DNA of 51,814 nt from NCBI GenBank assembly GCA_964574785.1, contig CAZNPP010000010.1, forward strand, positions 6,353 to 58,166, given 5' to 3'. The notes under the pieces are model-generated. The model was not told the DNA's origin, searched no databases, and saw only the letters and a program-made list of their open reading frames with translations. The stretch's first letter is position 1. Each line of letters begins with the position of its first letter. The stretch is from an uncultured Chloracidobacterium sp. (GTDB taxonomy: Bacteria; Acidobacteriota; Blastocatellia; Pyrinomonadales; Pyrinomonadaceae). Shown here piece by piece: positions 36,131-45,898 of this stretch. The translations under genes were made by a program, and so were the position numbers.

Positions 36131-36925
36131 AGACATAATCCTTAACCCCGTTAGTTCGGCCAATGTCGACGCGATCTGCTTTATTTCGGTTGTTGGGACA
36201 GGTTTTAGCATGCGGGTGCGCCAACCTTGTGGAAGACCAGCTCTAGCTTCAAGAGTCCATGTGTAAGGAATGGGTCTTTGGGGAGTGTTGAGTTGTACCT
36301 CATCAGGAGTAATCAGCTTCAAGAGGCGAGCCAGTTCGACAATTCCATGCTTGTTTAATCGGGTCAACATGAATTGTATGGCCAAGAAACCAGTGTACTC
36401 CTGTCTAAACTTTTTTAGATTGCTTACTATCGTTTCCAAGGTTATACCCGGGATGGGACGATTGATTAGTTTAAAGGTTTTTTCGTCGACTGCATCAAGC
36501 TTACAGAACACCTTGTCAGCGAGACTCAACTCCTCCACAACTCTGCGGTTGTTCAGAAGGACGGAGTTCGTCAAAACAAGGATGGGCTTTCCAGTTCTTG
36601 CCTTTACGCGCTGAATGACCTCACCGAGATTGGCTGCTAATGTAGGTTCTCCGCTTCCAGAGAACGTAACGATATCGGCGCGCTCCCAGTCACTCTCCTC
36701 GAGGTCCTGAAGAACTTGCTCCGTAGAGACGTATACCTTTCGTTCATTTGTGAGGATATTTATTTTGCCAAGTTGGCAATAAATGCAGCGAAAATTACAG
36801 ATTGAGTCCGTGTAGAGCAAATCTATTCCGAGCGAAAGGCCAACTCGCCACGATTTCACTGGACCATAAACAGTACGTCCGACAAATTTCAGTTTGTCGT
36901 TCCCTTGTCGTTCTTGTGCTTCCAT
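36119..36925 (-). CDS. Radical SAM protein (small, COG0731-like)
   Basis: 268 aa. N-terminal YGPVKSWRVGLSLGIDL followed by CNFRCIYC (CxxxCxxC), then GEPTL. Confidence 0.8.
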   Translation of the reverse strand: MEAQERQGNDKLKFVGRTVYGPVKSWRVGLSLGIDLLYTDSICNFRCIYCQLGKINILTNERKVYVSTEQVLQDLEESDWERADIVTFSGSGEPTLAANLGEVIQRVKARTGKPILVLTNSVLLNNRRVVEELSLADKVFCKLDAVDEKTFKLINRPIPGITLETIVSNLKKFRQEYTGFLAIQFMLTRLNKHGIVELARLLKLITPDEVQLNTPQRPIPYTWTLEARAGLPQGWRTRMLKPVPTTEIKQIASTLAELTGLRIMSRES

Positions 36926-37051
36926 ACCGTCTCGTCCTTTCCATACAACTTTGAATCCACACAGAACGCCAAACTAAAGTTTAGCTGACAAGGGGCGGAC
37001 AAGGGGGGGATAGCGGGTACATAATTTGCTAGCACCAGACGTGTCAAAACT

Positions 37052-38962
37052 ATGGGCGATAAAAACATCGAGCAGGGTTTCGAGCCAGAAAGTCTGCGGG
37101 TCTTTACCAAGGCTCTGCTGGACGACTTACATGCTCTTGAATACATGCTCGACAATAATCTTCTTGAGCGCGACGTGCCCAGAGTGGGCGCCGAGCAGGA
37201 GATGTTTTTTGTCGATCGCAATCTCAGGCCAGCGCCTGTAGCTGTAGAAGTGCTTGAAAAGGCAAACGATCCTCGCCTCACCACCGAGATAGCCAGGTTT
37301 AATCTCGAGGCAAACCTCTTACCTCAAGTGATAACCGGCCGGTGTTTTTATCTACTTGAGCAGGAGCTCCAAGAGCTTGTCGAGACAGCGCGAGACGCCG
37401 CAAAATTCTTCGGTGCAGACGTGATGCTAACGGGCATTCTGCCCACGCTGCAAAGGTCCGATCTAAGTATTGAAAACATTACACCGGCGTCTCGTTATCA
37501 GCAGTTGAACCGGTCCTTAACACAACTTCGCGGAGGCCCATTCTCGATTCATATCAAAGGTCTTGATGAGATCAACTTTACGCACGACAACATGATGGTC
37601 GAAGCATGTAATACCAGCTTTCAGATTCACTACCAGGTTAATCCCAACGATTTTGCATCTCTATACAACATCGCTCAGGCAATAACCGCCCCTGTACTTG
37701 CCGCTGCAGTTAATTCGCCGCTGCTTTTCGGCCATCGTCTCTGGCACGAAACCAGGCTCGCATTGTTCCAACATTCCGCCGATGCGCGTTCTCCCACGCA
37801 ACAAGCCCGGAGTCATCCGACGCGGGTAAGCTTCGGCGAGCGGTGGTTGAATAATTCTGTACTCGAGCTCTTTCAGGATCAGATCGCGAGGTTCCGTACG
37901 ATCATGGTCTCAAAACCAGACGAGAACCCAATGGCGGTCATTGCTCGCGGCGACGCTCCGTTACTCACAGCTCTACGAGTTCATAATGGAACCATTTGGC
38001 CTTGGAATCGTGCCTGTTATGGGCTCAACAATGGGATAGCCCATCTCCGGATAGAGAATCGCGCGCTTCCAGCTGGCCCTACTACGGTCGACGAGGTTGC
38101 CAACACAGCATTTTTCATTGGTCTGATGCTCGCCTTACCTCAAGAATACGGCGATGTCGCTAAGCTAATGCCCTTTGACGAAGCTAAAGCCAACTTCTAT
38201 GCTGCCGCGCGCCACGGTCTGAATGCGCAATTTAGATGGATCAAGAATCAGAGTTATACCGCCTCTTCTCTCATTCTCGATCATTTACTTCCCTTTGCCC
38301 GGGAGGGGCTTAAACAGGCTGAAATTGACAGCGCAGATATTAATCACTACCTCGGAACGATCGAAGAACGAGTAAGTAGCGGGCAGACGGGAGCTCAATG
38401 GATGTTGAAATGCCTTTCTACACTCGAGGACTTTGGACCAAAGGATGTTCGGCAGAGAATGCTTACAGCTACTATGTTAACTCGGCAAAAAGAGAACCAA
38501 CCAGTACATAGCTGGCCTTTGATTCACGTGAGTGACACGGAGAATTGGAGTCGCAGTTATCAGGTGATTGGGCAGTTTATGTCAACTGATCTTTTTACGG
38601 TGCGACCCGACGATCTTGTTGATCTCGCAGCCAGTGTTATGGATTGGCGGCACATCAGACACGTCCCGGTTGAGGATGCTGAAGGAAATCTTGTTGGCCT
38701 CGTTACGCATCGAGCGTTGCTACGGCTACTGAGCCGCGGGGCTCAGACAGATCAGAAACGTGCGCTAACCGTGGGCGAGATAATGAAAACAGATCCGATA
38801 ACAGTGACTTCCTCTACTCCTACACTCGAAGCCATGGAGTTAATGCGGCAGCATCGCGTGGGCTGCCTCTTAGTAGTAGACGAGGGGCAGCTGGTGGGTA
38901 TCGTCACGTCGTACGATTTTCTTGAAGCATCTGCCCGGTTATTCAAGCAAAAACTGCAGTAG
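37052..38962 (+). CDS. Glutamate-cysteine ligase family 2 (carboxylate-amine ligase)-like domain fused to a C-terminal CBS pair
   Basis: 636 aa. N-terminal VGAEQEMFFVD motif region. C-terminal tandem CBS-like segments are IRHVPVEDAEGNLVGLVTHRALL and HRVGCLLVVDEGQLVGIVTSYDFL. Confidence 0.7.
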   Translation: MGDKNIEQGFEPESLRVFTKALLDDLHALEYMLDNNLLERDVPRVGAEQEMFFVDRNLRPAPVAVEVLEKANDPRLTTEIARFNLEANLLPQVITGRCFYLLEQELQELVETARDAAKFFGADVMLTGILPTLQRSDLSIENITPASRYQQLNRSLTQLRGGPFSIHIKGLDEINFTHDNMMVEACNTSFQIHYQVNPNDFASLYNIAQAITAPVLAAAVNSPLLFGHRLWHETRLALFQHSADARSPTQQARSHPTRVSFGERWLNNSVLELFQDQIARFRTIMVSKPDENPMAVIARGDAPLLTALRVHNGTIWPWNRACYGLNNGIAHLRIENRALPAGPTTVDEVANTAFFIGLMLALPQEYGDVAKLMPFDEAKANFYAAARHGLNAQFRWIKNQSYTASSLILDHLLPFAREGLKQAEIDSADINHYLGTIEERVSSGQTGAQWMLKCLSTLEDFGPKDVRQRMLTATMLTRQKENQPVHSWPLIHVSDTENWSRSYQVIGQFMSTDLFTVRPDDLVDLAASVMDWRHIRHVPVEDAEGNLVGLVTHRALLRLLSRGAQTDQKRALTVGEIMKTDPITVTSSTPTLEAMELMRQHRVGCLLVVDEGQLVGIVTSYDFLEASARLFKQKLQ

Positions 38963-39160
38963 AGACTCCCGAGATAACTCGTATTTCTGAATTCCCTGGA
39001 TTACCTGATATGAGATAAGACCGGCGGTTACAGTGAGGAGCTGTTCAATAGCAGCTCTCTGCTCGTAAGTAAGTCTACCCAACCGGCGGCGGTGACGTGT
39101 GATTTCACTTTTGGCGATATTTTCAAAGTGCAAGCGTATGTTGTCGAAGTCAGTATCCAT
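38939..39160 (-). CDS. Small ORF (73 aa) resembling the C-terminal dimerisation helix region of glutamyl-tRNA reductase
   Basis: The pattern EITRHRRRLGRLTYEQRAAIEQLLTVTAGLI recalls the HemA C-terminus (...RRL..L..EQ...IE.LT..L.NKLL). It overlaps the convergent 37052..38962 by 24 nt. No clear RBS checked. Confidence 0.3.
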   Translation of the reverse strand: MDTDFDNIRLHFENIAKSEITRHRRRLGRLTYEQRAAIEQLLTVTAGLISYQVIQGIQKYELSRESLLQFLLE

Positions 39161-39474
39161 CTGCCACTACTGCTCTTATTCTTATATTTGAAACACCTTC
39201 CACTCCGCGACCCGAGACTCAGCAACACTAGTACCAACATTCTTGGCCTTTAGGGCAGAAACTTAAAATACCTTTGCGGGCGAGTACTTGCGGGCTTTCG
39301 CGCACGAAGTGGGAAAGTTTCCGCAAGTGCGCTCTCATGCAGAAGCGAATTCCTCCGAGATCTGTAGGCATGTGTATTGCATTTTTCGGAAACGGTTGGA
39401 TGACCAGGATCACACTGCTTCAAGATGCGGCAGGGCCGCTCAAAGAGGTCGGGGAGAATTGGAGGTGGCTGCCG

Positions 39475-39852
39475 ATGGTTAAGGACGATCGCGACATTCT
39501 CGAACTACTACGAGAAGAGTTGGACTTCATCGAGATGGGAGGTTATGGGCGATCGGTTCGTACCCCCTGGAAACCAAAGTCAGCCTTCCAAGACTCCTTG
39601 ACCTGCATTAACTATGGTTATCCATACCGGGCTCATCCCTGCAACGAATGCCATCTGCTTGATTTCGTTGCCCCCGAGCATCACTCGGAGGAAGTTCCCT
39701 GTCACTTCATTCAGCTGAATGAAAATGGCCAGACGATCGAAGATTTGGAACTTGAGGATAACCAAACCAAATTGGAGAAAGAAGTCAAGCAATGGTTAAG
39801 GAGAAAGATCAGCGAGATAGAGGAGAGTCGCGCTCAACAACGCGGCGAGTGA
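39475..39852 (+). CDS. Hypothetical Cys/His-rich cytoplasmic protein
   Basis: ATG at 39475 with GGAGG about 9 nt upstream. The ORF is open from 39274, so the start is uncertain. 125 aa with an acidic coiled C-terminus. Co-directional with the next two genes. Confidence 0.45.
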   Translation: MVKDDRDILELLREELDFIEMGGYGRSVRTPWKPKSAFQDSLTCINYGYPYRAHPCNECHLLDFVAPEHHSEEVPCHFIQLNENGQTIEDLELEDNQTKLEKEVKQWLRRKISEIEESRAQQRGE

Positions 39853-39868
39853 CCTCGAAGGGAGGTGA

Positions 39869-40453
39869 ATGATGATTACGGCATTTTACCTAACTGTCAC
39901 GCTCTTGATTCTCGCTGGTCTAATCCTCGTGATTAGCCACGTAGTCAGTAGCTACAGGCGCTACCGAGGGCCGAGAATTATCACGTGCCCTGAAAATCAA
40001 AGACCGGAAATCGTCGAGGTTGACGCAGCGCACGCTACGTTAACCGCGATGGTTGGTTTGACGGACATTCGCTTGGAGCAATGTTCTCGATGGCCCCTCA
40101 TGCGAGAGTGCGGCCAGGAATGCCTGGTTGAGCTAGACAATGGTCGAAGCGAGGATCTCGTAAACGGCGTCTTGATGAGGTGGTACAGCGGCAAGCGATG
40201 TGTCTACTGCGGTAAAGAATTTGAGGCCTTGAATTGGCTGGACGACAAACCGGCACTTCAAAGTCCTGAAGGCAAATTACTGCAATGGCATGAAATTCCT
40301 AGGGAAGGATTGACAGAGGTCATTAACGAATATTCTCCGGTCTGTTGGAACTGTTACCTTGTTCAGTTCTTCCACCGTAAGTACCCCGGCATGGTTTACC
40401 AGCCGGGCAGAAGTACAAGGGAATCCCGCACCTCGATCTCTGCACAATCGTAG
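39869..40453 (+). CDS. Hypothetical single-pass membrane protein with a Cys-rich (zinc-ribbon-like) cytoplasmic domain
   Basis: N-terminal TM helix ITAFYLTVTLLILAGLILVI. Paired cysteines are CVYCG and CWNC, plus C40/C72/C81/C85. GGAGG lies upstream. The start could be the second ATG at 39872. Confidence 0.55.
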   Translation: MMITAFYLTVTLLILAGLILVISHVVSSYRRYRGPRIITCPENQRPEIVEVDAAHATLTAMVGLTDIRLEQCSRWPLMRECGQECLVELDNGRSEDLVNGVLMRWYSGKRCVYCGKEFEALNWLDDKPALQSPEGKLLQWHEIPREGLTEVINEYSPVCWNCYLVQFFHRKYPGMVYQPGRSTRESRTSISAQS

Positions 40454-40530
40454 TCTTAACGAACAGCGTTGCGGGAGAGCTCAATGCATATTAAAACGGG
40501 TGATTACATACTCGGAAAGGAGAGCAAATC

Positions 40531-41016
40531 ATGACACCCGGAAATTATCTTGTCCCCAGAACATTCAGGGAATTCTTGTCAACAGACCCCTTACGCCTGC
40601 TTCAGAACAGGCCGACGCGTTTGTTCGAAGAACCATTCACTCTGTTCAAGCCGTTTTTGCCGCTTGAAGAGAACATTCAGTTCACCGGTTGGACGCCTGC
40701 ATGCGACATCTTTGAGACCGAGAAGGAGTTGGTCCTTAAGATGGAGCTGCCTGAGGTAAAGAAGGAAGATGTGCATGTAATGGTAGAAAACAACGTGCTC
40801 ATGCTGCGCGGTGAACGAAAGCTTGAAGAGCAGGTCGAACGTGAGAACTATCACCGGATCGAACGTAGCTATGGTGAATTCGCACGACGCTTTACACTTC
40901 CGACATTCGTCGATCCTGCAAAGATACTGGCCGACTTCAAGGATGGTGTGTTGACCGTAACGCTACCCAAGAAGGAAGAAGCGCTGCCTAAACCAATTGA
41001 GGTTAAGGTGGAATAG
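40531..41016 (+). CDS. Small heat-shock protein, Hsp20/alpha-crystallin family
   Basis: 161 aa. Alpha-crystallin domain WTPACDIFETEKELVLKMELPEVKKEDVHVMVENNVLMLRGERK ... GVLTVTLPKKEE. RBS GGAAAGGAGAG. Confidence 0.9.
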   Translation: MTPGNYLVPRTFREFLSTDPLRLLQNRPTRLFEEPFTLFKPFLPLEENIQFTGWTPACDIFETEKELVLKMELPEVKKEDVHVMVENNVLMLRGERKLEEQVERENYHRIERSYGEFARRFTLPTFVDPAKILADFKDGVLTVTLPKKEEALPKPIEVKVE

Positions 41017-41052
41017 AAGTTTGGCTTCTGAAGTATGGGAGCTTTAGCGGTG

Positions 41053-41106
41053 GGGACCGTGTCTGACAAACGAAGGTTTGTTTACGACACGGTCCCTCTC
41101 TTTCTT
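41053..41106 (+). terminator. Rho-independent terminator of the hsp20 unit
   Basis: An 11-bp perfect stem GGGACCGTGTC / GACACGGTCCC encloses an inner ACAAAC-GAAG-GTTTGT stem. TCTCTTTCTT follows. Confidence 0.75.
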
Positions 41107-41200
41107 AGAATTGCGAATTGCGAATTTTAAAGCTGTAACTTGCGAGTTCCAGTTTTAGTTTCTGCAAGTTCGCAATTCCCAATATGAAAATTCGCAATCC
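41107..41200. repeat. Heptad-periodic nested inverted repeat (GAATTGC-type)
   Basis: GAATTGC GAATTGC GAATTTT (41108-41128) faces ..GTTCGCAATTCCC..AAAATTCGCAATCC (41168-41200). The inner pair is AACTTGC / GCAAGTT. Confidence 0.55.
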
Positions 41201-41314
41201 GCATGAGGAATCATATTTGCAGCGCATCTGCCGCAACGCTTTGTTGCAAGTGAGATGACCTCCACTTGGGGAACATTACACAAATAGAGAGAGGACCTGC
41301 GAGAGATTACTCAC

Positions 41315-44300
41315 ATGAATCAGTATCAAGTAACAATCGATGGCAATGAGGCCGCCGCTTATGTGGCTTACAAGACGAACGAAGTAATTGCTATCTATCC
41401 GATTACACCCTCCTCGCCGATGGGCGAGTTCTCAGACAGTTGGGCGAGCTCAAGTGAGCGTAACATCTGGGGAATGACGCCCATTGTTCGCGAGATGCAA
41501 TCGGAAGGAGGAGCTGCGGGTGCGGTGCATGGGATGCTACAAACGGGCGCTCTAACCACCACTTTCTCATCTAGTCAGGGTCTGCTCTTGATGATCCCTA
41601 ATATGTTTAAGATAGCTGGTGAACAGACGAGCACGGTGTTTCACATTGCAGCTCGATCTGTTGCCACACACGCTCTCTCGATTTTCGGGGATCACAGCGA
41701 TGTTATGGCCACTCGTTCGACTGGTTGGGCGATGCTCTTTGCCAATTCAGTTCAAGAGGTGATGGATTTTGCTTTACTGGCCCAAGCGTGCACGCTCGAG
41801 GCTCGGGTTCCTTTCCTGCACATCTTTGACGGGTTCCGTACCTCACATGAGGTAATGAAAATCAACAAGCTTTCAGATGAAGAAATTCGCGCTTTGATTG
41901 ATGACAAACTGGTTCAGGCCCACCGCGCCCGGGCGCTGACACCGGATCACCCGGTAGTGCGTGGCACAGCCCAAAATCCTGATGTCTTTTTCCAATCGCG
42001 AGAAAGAGCGAACACATTGTATCTGAAAACCCCTGCGCTCGTGCAGTCGCTGATGGACAAATTCGCCGCTATTACGGGGCGGCAATATCACCTGTTCGAC
42101 TACACCGGAGCTCAGGATGCCGAGCGGGTCATTGTAATGATGGGTTCCGGCTCGGAAACCGCTGAAGAGACAGTTGCAGCACTTGAACTCGAAGGTGAAA
42201 AGGTCGGGATACTTAAAGTCCGGCTTTATCGCCCATTTTCCATTTCTGATTTTGTTGATGCTCTCCCAAAGACTGTAAAAGCAGTTGCGGTTCTGGATCG
42301 CACTAAAGAGCCTGGGAGTACTGGCGAGCCACTTTACCAGGACGTAGTAACTGCCCTTAGTGAGAGAAAGGCGCAGTTTGCTTCATTGCCGCACGTAATT
42401 GGCGGTCGTTACGGTTTATCTTCGAAAGAGTTCACGCCCGCAATGGTTAAAGCGGTCTTTGACGAGTTGAAGAAGTCGGAGCCAAAAAACCACTTCAGCG
42501 TAGGCATTGTTGATGATGTCACCTTCACCAGTTTATCTGTAGATCCAAACTTCAGCATCGAGCCAGATGACCAGGTGCGCGCATTATTCTGGGGCCTGGG
42601 CGCAGATGGAACCGTAAGCGCCAACAAGAATTCGATCAAAATCATTGGTGAAGAGACTGAGCACTTTGCTCAAGGTTACTTTGTTTACGATTCAAAGAAG
42701 TCGGGTGCAATGACGGTCTCGCATCTTCGTTTTGGTCCACGCCCAATTCATAGCCCTTATTTAATTCAGCGCGCTAATTTCATCGCAGTTCACCAATTCG
42801 ACTTTCTAACACGCAACAATGCTCTCGAGGCGGCCGTCGACGGCGCCACATTACTTATTAATAGCCCGTATGCCCCTGAGGAACTTTGGGATCAACTTCC
42901 GCGCTTTGTGCAGGAAGAAATCATCAAAAAACAAATCCGTATATTTGCGATCAATGCCTACCAGGTGGCACGTGACAATCAATTAGGTAATCGCATAAAC
43001 ACAATCATGCAGACCTGCTTCTTTGCGATCAGCAATGTACTCGAGCGGGAAGAGGCAATTATTAAGATCAAGGAGTCAATTCGGAAAACATATGGCAAGC
43101 GTGGCGAACCTGTGGTGCGCCAGAATTTTGCCGCAGTAGATGCCGCCCTCGAGCATCTACATGAGATTCCCGTCCCGAGCACAGCCACGAGCACGATATC
43201 ACTTCCACGTGTAGTTGCTGAGCAAGCTCCCGAGTTCGTTCAGAAGATCACCGCCGAAATCATTGCTGGACGTGGCGACTCGCTACCTGTGAGCGCGTTT
43301 CCTATTGACGGAACCTATCCTGTCGGCACTTCGCAATGGGAAAAACGTAATATCGCTCAGGAAGTGCCAGTGTGGGAGCCTGACCTATGCATTGAGTGTG
43401 GCAAATGCGTTCTGGTCTGCCCGCACGCTACCATTCGGGCAAAGATATGTGACGCGAGCGACCTTACCAATGCTCCAGAAGGTTTCAAGCACATGCCTGC
43501 CAAATGGCGAGAAATGCCTGACAAACGTTACTCGATCCAAGTAGCTGTTGAAGACTGTACTGGATGTCAATTGTGCGTCGAGGTTTGTCCAGCAAAAGAC
43601 AAGAGTCAGGTCTCGCGGAAAGCATTGAACATGGCGCCACAGTTACCGCTCAGGGAACAAGAACGAATCAACTGGGACTTCTTTCTTAAGCTTCCCGAAA
43701 TTAATAAGCACCACCCAATGGGTTTCAGCTCTGTCAAGAACGTTCAGCTACTCCAGCCTCTGTTTGAGTTCTCAGGAGCCTGCGCCGGTTGCGGCGAGAC
43801 TCCTTACATCAAATTACTTACACAGCTTTTTGGCGATCGAGCCATCATCGCCAACGCTACTGGATGTTCAAGTATTTATGGCGGTAATTTACCAACGACT
43901 CCATACACGATTAATCGCGAAGGCCGCGGACCGGCGTGGAGCAACTCACTCTTCGAAGACAATGCCGAGTTTGGGCTCGGTATGAGAATGGCGCTGGATC
44001 ACCAGAATGCTTACGCCAGAGACCTGGTAAACAGGCTTCGTAGCTTAATTGGTGAGCCGCTCGCAAACAGCTTGCTTAACACCGATCAGTCAACTGAACA
44101 AGGCATTAACATTCAACGCCAGTTGGTAGCTGCTCTGAAGGCAAAGCTACAAGGCCTCAATGAGAATGAAGCTCGTGATCTCGTAAGTGTGGTCGATACC
44201 CTCGTGAAGAAGAGTGTGTGGATCGTAGGAGGAGATGGCTGGGCTTACGACATAGGTTACGGTGGCCTGGACCATGTTGTGGCCAGCGGACAGAACGTGA

Positions 44301-44860
44301 ACATTCTTGTTCTTGATACCGAAGTCTATTCCAACACTGGTGGCCAAGCCTCGAAGGCTACACCAATGGGTGCTGTTGCCAAGTTTGCCGCTGGCGGTAA
44401 GGCTAATGGTAAGAAGGACCTTGGCATGAGTGCGATGCGCTATGGCAATGTGTACGTAGCTCAAGTAGCAATGGGAGCAAACGACACTCACACGATAAAA
44501 GTTTTTCTTGAAGCGGAAGCTCACCAAGGTCCTTCTCTAATCATCGCGTATAGCCAATGTATCGCTCATGGGATCGATATGGCCAAAGGTATGAGGCAAC
44601 AGAAGCTCGCAGTTGACTCCGGTTGCTGGCCGCTCTATCGGTTTGTGCCAAGACTAGCCGAGGAGAACAAGAATCCATTTCAGCTTGATTCGAGTGATCC
44701 AAAGATTCCTTTGCAAGACTACATTTATACAGAGGGACGCTATCGCATGTTACAGCAAAGCGATCCCGCCACTGCGAAAGTGCTGCTGGAACAGGCGCAG
44801 AAGGCGGTCGACCGGCGCTGGCTACAGTACAAACAACTCGCTGCTATGAGGGTGGACTGA
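41315..44860 (+). CDS. nifJ: Pyruvate:ferredoxin (flavodoxin) oxidoreductase, single-chain
   Basis: 1181 aa. N-terminus [31 protein letters not shown]. Two 4Fe-4S motifs, [12 protein letters not shown] and [15 protein letters not shown] region [16 protein letters not shown]. Confidence 0.95.
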   Translation: MNQYQVTIDGNEAAAYVAYKTNEVIAIYPITPSSPMGEFSDSWASSSERNIWGMTPIVREMQSEGGAAGAVHGMLQTGALTTTFSSSQGLLLMIPNMFKIAGEQTSTVFHIAARSVATHALSIFGDHSDVMATRSTGWAMLFANSVQEVMDFALLAQACTLEARVPFLHIFDGFRTSHEVMKINKLSDEEIRALIDDKLVQAHRARALTPDHPVVRGTAQNPDVFFQSRERANTLYLKTPALVQSLMDKFAAITGRQYHLFDYTGAQDAERVIVMMGSGSETAEETVAALELEGEKVGILKVRLYRPFSISDFVDALPKTVKAVAVLDRTKEPGSTGEPLYQDVVTALSERKAQFASLPHVIGGRYGLSSKEFTPAMVKAVFDELKKSEPKNHFSVGIVDDVTFTSLSVDPNFSIEPDDQVRALFWGLGADGTVSANKNSIKIIGEETEHFAQGYFVYDSKKSGAMTVSHLRFGPRPIHSPYLIQRANFIAVHQFDFLTRNNALEAAVDGATLLINSPYAPEELWDQLPRFVQEEIIKKQIRIFAINAYQVARDNQLGNRINTIMQTCFFAISNVLEREEAIIKIKESIRKTYGKRGEPVVRQNFAAVDAALEHLHEIPVPSTATSTISLPRVVAEQAPEFVQKITAEIIAGRGDSLPVSAFPIDGTYPVGTSQWEKRNIAQEVPVWEPDLCIECGKCVLVCPHATIRAKICDASDLTNAPEGFKHMPAKWREMPDKRYSIQVAVEDCTGCQLCVEVCPAKDKSQVSRKALNMAPQLPLREQERINWDFFLKLPEINKHHPMGFSSVKNVQLLQPLFEFSGACAGCGETPYIKLLTQLFGDRAIIANATGCSSIYGGNLPTTPYTINREGRGPAWSNSLFEDNAEFGLGMRMALDHQNAYARDLVNRLRSLIGEPLANSLLNTDQSTEQGINIQRQLVAALKAKLQGLNENEARDLVSVVDTLVKKSVWIVGGDGWAYDIGYGGLDHVVASGQNVNILVLDTEVYSNTGGQASKATPMGAVAKFAAGGKANGKKDLGMSAMRYGNVYVAQVAMGANDTHTIKVFLEAEAHQGPSLIIAYSQCIAHGIDMAKGMRQQKLAVDSGCWPLYRFVPRLAEENKNPFQLDSSDPKIPLQDYIYTEGRYRMLQQSDPATAKVLLEQAQKAVDRRWLQYKQLAAMRVD

Positions 44861-44897
44861 AAAGAGTTTCTTAGAATCGGCAGGAGAGCTGAAAACA

Positions 44898-45896
44898 ATG
44901 TCATTAGCAACGAACTATCTCGGTCTTGCACTTAAAAACCCGCTCGTAGTGTCGTCATCGCCGTTGTCCCACACCGTGGACAGCATTCGTCGGCTTGAAG
45001 ACGCAGGAGCTGCCGCGGTTGTAATGCACTCCTTGTTTGAGGAACAGATCACTTTTGACAGTTACTATATCGATTATTACCTATCGCAGGGAGCGGATAG
45101 TTATCCCGAGTCGCTCAATTATCTTCCCGAGATGCAGGGCTACAATGTTTCGCCGACTGAATACATGAACCTAATTCGGCGGGCGAAAGAAGCGGTGGAC
45201 ATTCCAATAATTGGCAGTATCAACGGGATAACTCCAGGTGGATGGACCGACTACGCTGTTCTAATTGAAGAGGCCGGAGCTGACGCGCTTGAGCTTAACG
45301 TCTACTACATTCCCACTGATGTTGACTTGAGTGGTCGAAAAGTTGAGGACCTGTATGTCGAAATACTGTCAGCAGTAAGAAACACCGTTTCGATCCCTGT
45401 GGCAATGAAACTGAATCCATACTTCAGCTCTACCGCCAATATGGCAAGGCGCCTGGTAGATGAAGGTGTCGACGGATTGGTTCTATTCAATCGCTTCTAT
45501 CAACCCGATTTTGATCTTGAGGCGCTTCAGGTTACACCGCGTCTCGTGTTGAGTAATTCAGCCGAGTTGCGTTTGCCCTTGCGATGGGTGGCGATTCTCT
45601 TCAACAGGTTACCGGTTGATTTTGCTATAACAACCGGCATTCATACCTGTGAGGATGTCTTGAAAGGTCTAATGGCCGGAGCTAAGGTTACTATGATGGC
45701 TTCAGAATTACTGCAAAATGGCATTCGTAGAATGAAGGTGATTCAAGATGAGCTCTTACGCTGGATGGCTGACCACGAGTATGAATCAGTTGCACAGATG
45801 ATTGGCAGCATGAGCCAGCAACATTGTGCTGAACCAGCTGCCTTCGAACGCGCTAACTATATGAAGATGCTCGCGTCCTACCGCCCGATCAACTAG
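44898..45896 (+). CDS. Dihydroorotate dehydrogenase-like TIM-barrel flavoprotein (PFOR-associated type)
   Basis: 332 aa. N-terminus [18 protein letters not shown]...[21 protein letters not shown] is typical of the DHOD-like family. Located 37 nt downstream of PFOR. Confidence 0.75.
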   Translation: MSLATNYLGLALKNPLVVSSSPLSHTVDSIRRLEDAGAAAVVMHSLFEEQITFDSYYIDYYLSQGADSYPESLNYLPEMQGYNVSPTEYMNLIRRAKEAVDIPIIGSINGITPGGWTDYAVLIEEAGADALELNVYYIPTDVDLSGRKVEDLYVEILSAVRNTVSIPVAMKLNPYFSSTANMARRLVDEGVDGLVLFNRFYQPDFDLEALQVTPRLVLSNSAELRLPLRWVAILFNRLPVDFAITTGIHTCEDVLKGLMAGAKVTMMASELLQNGIRRMKVIQDELLRWMADHEYESVAQMIGSMSQQHCAEPAAFERANYMKMLASYRPIN

Positions 45897-45898
45897 GG

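Noticed and set aside
39640-39654. CNECH motif in the 125-aa hypothetical protein as a c-type haem attachment site
   Set aside because: The protein has no signal peptide or TM segment, so periplasmic haem attachment is unlikely. It is more plausibly a metal-binding Cys/His cluster.
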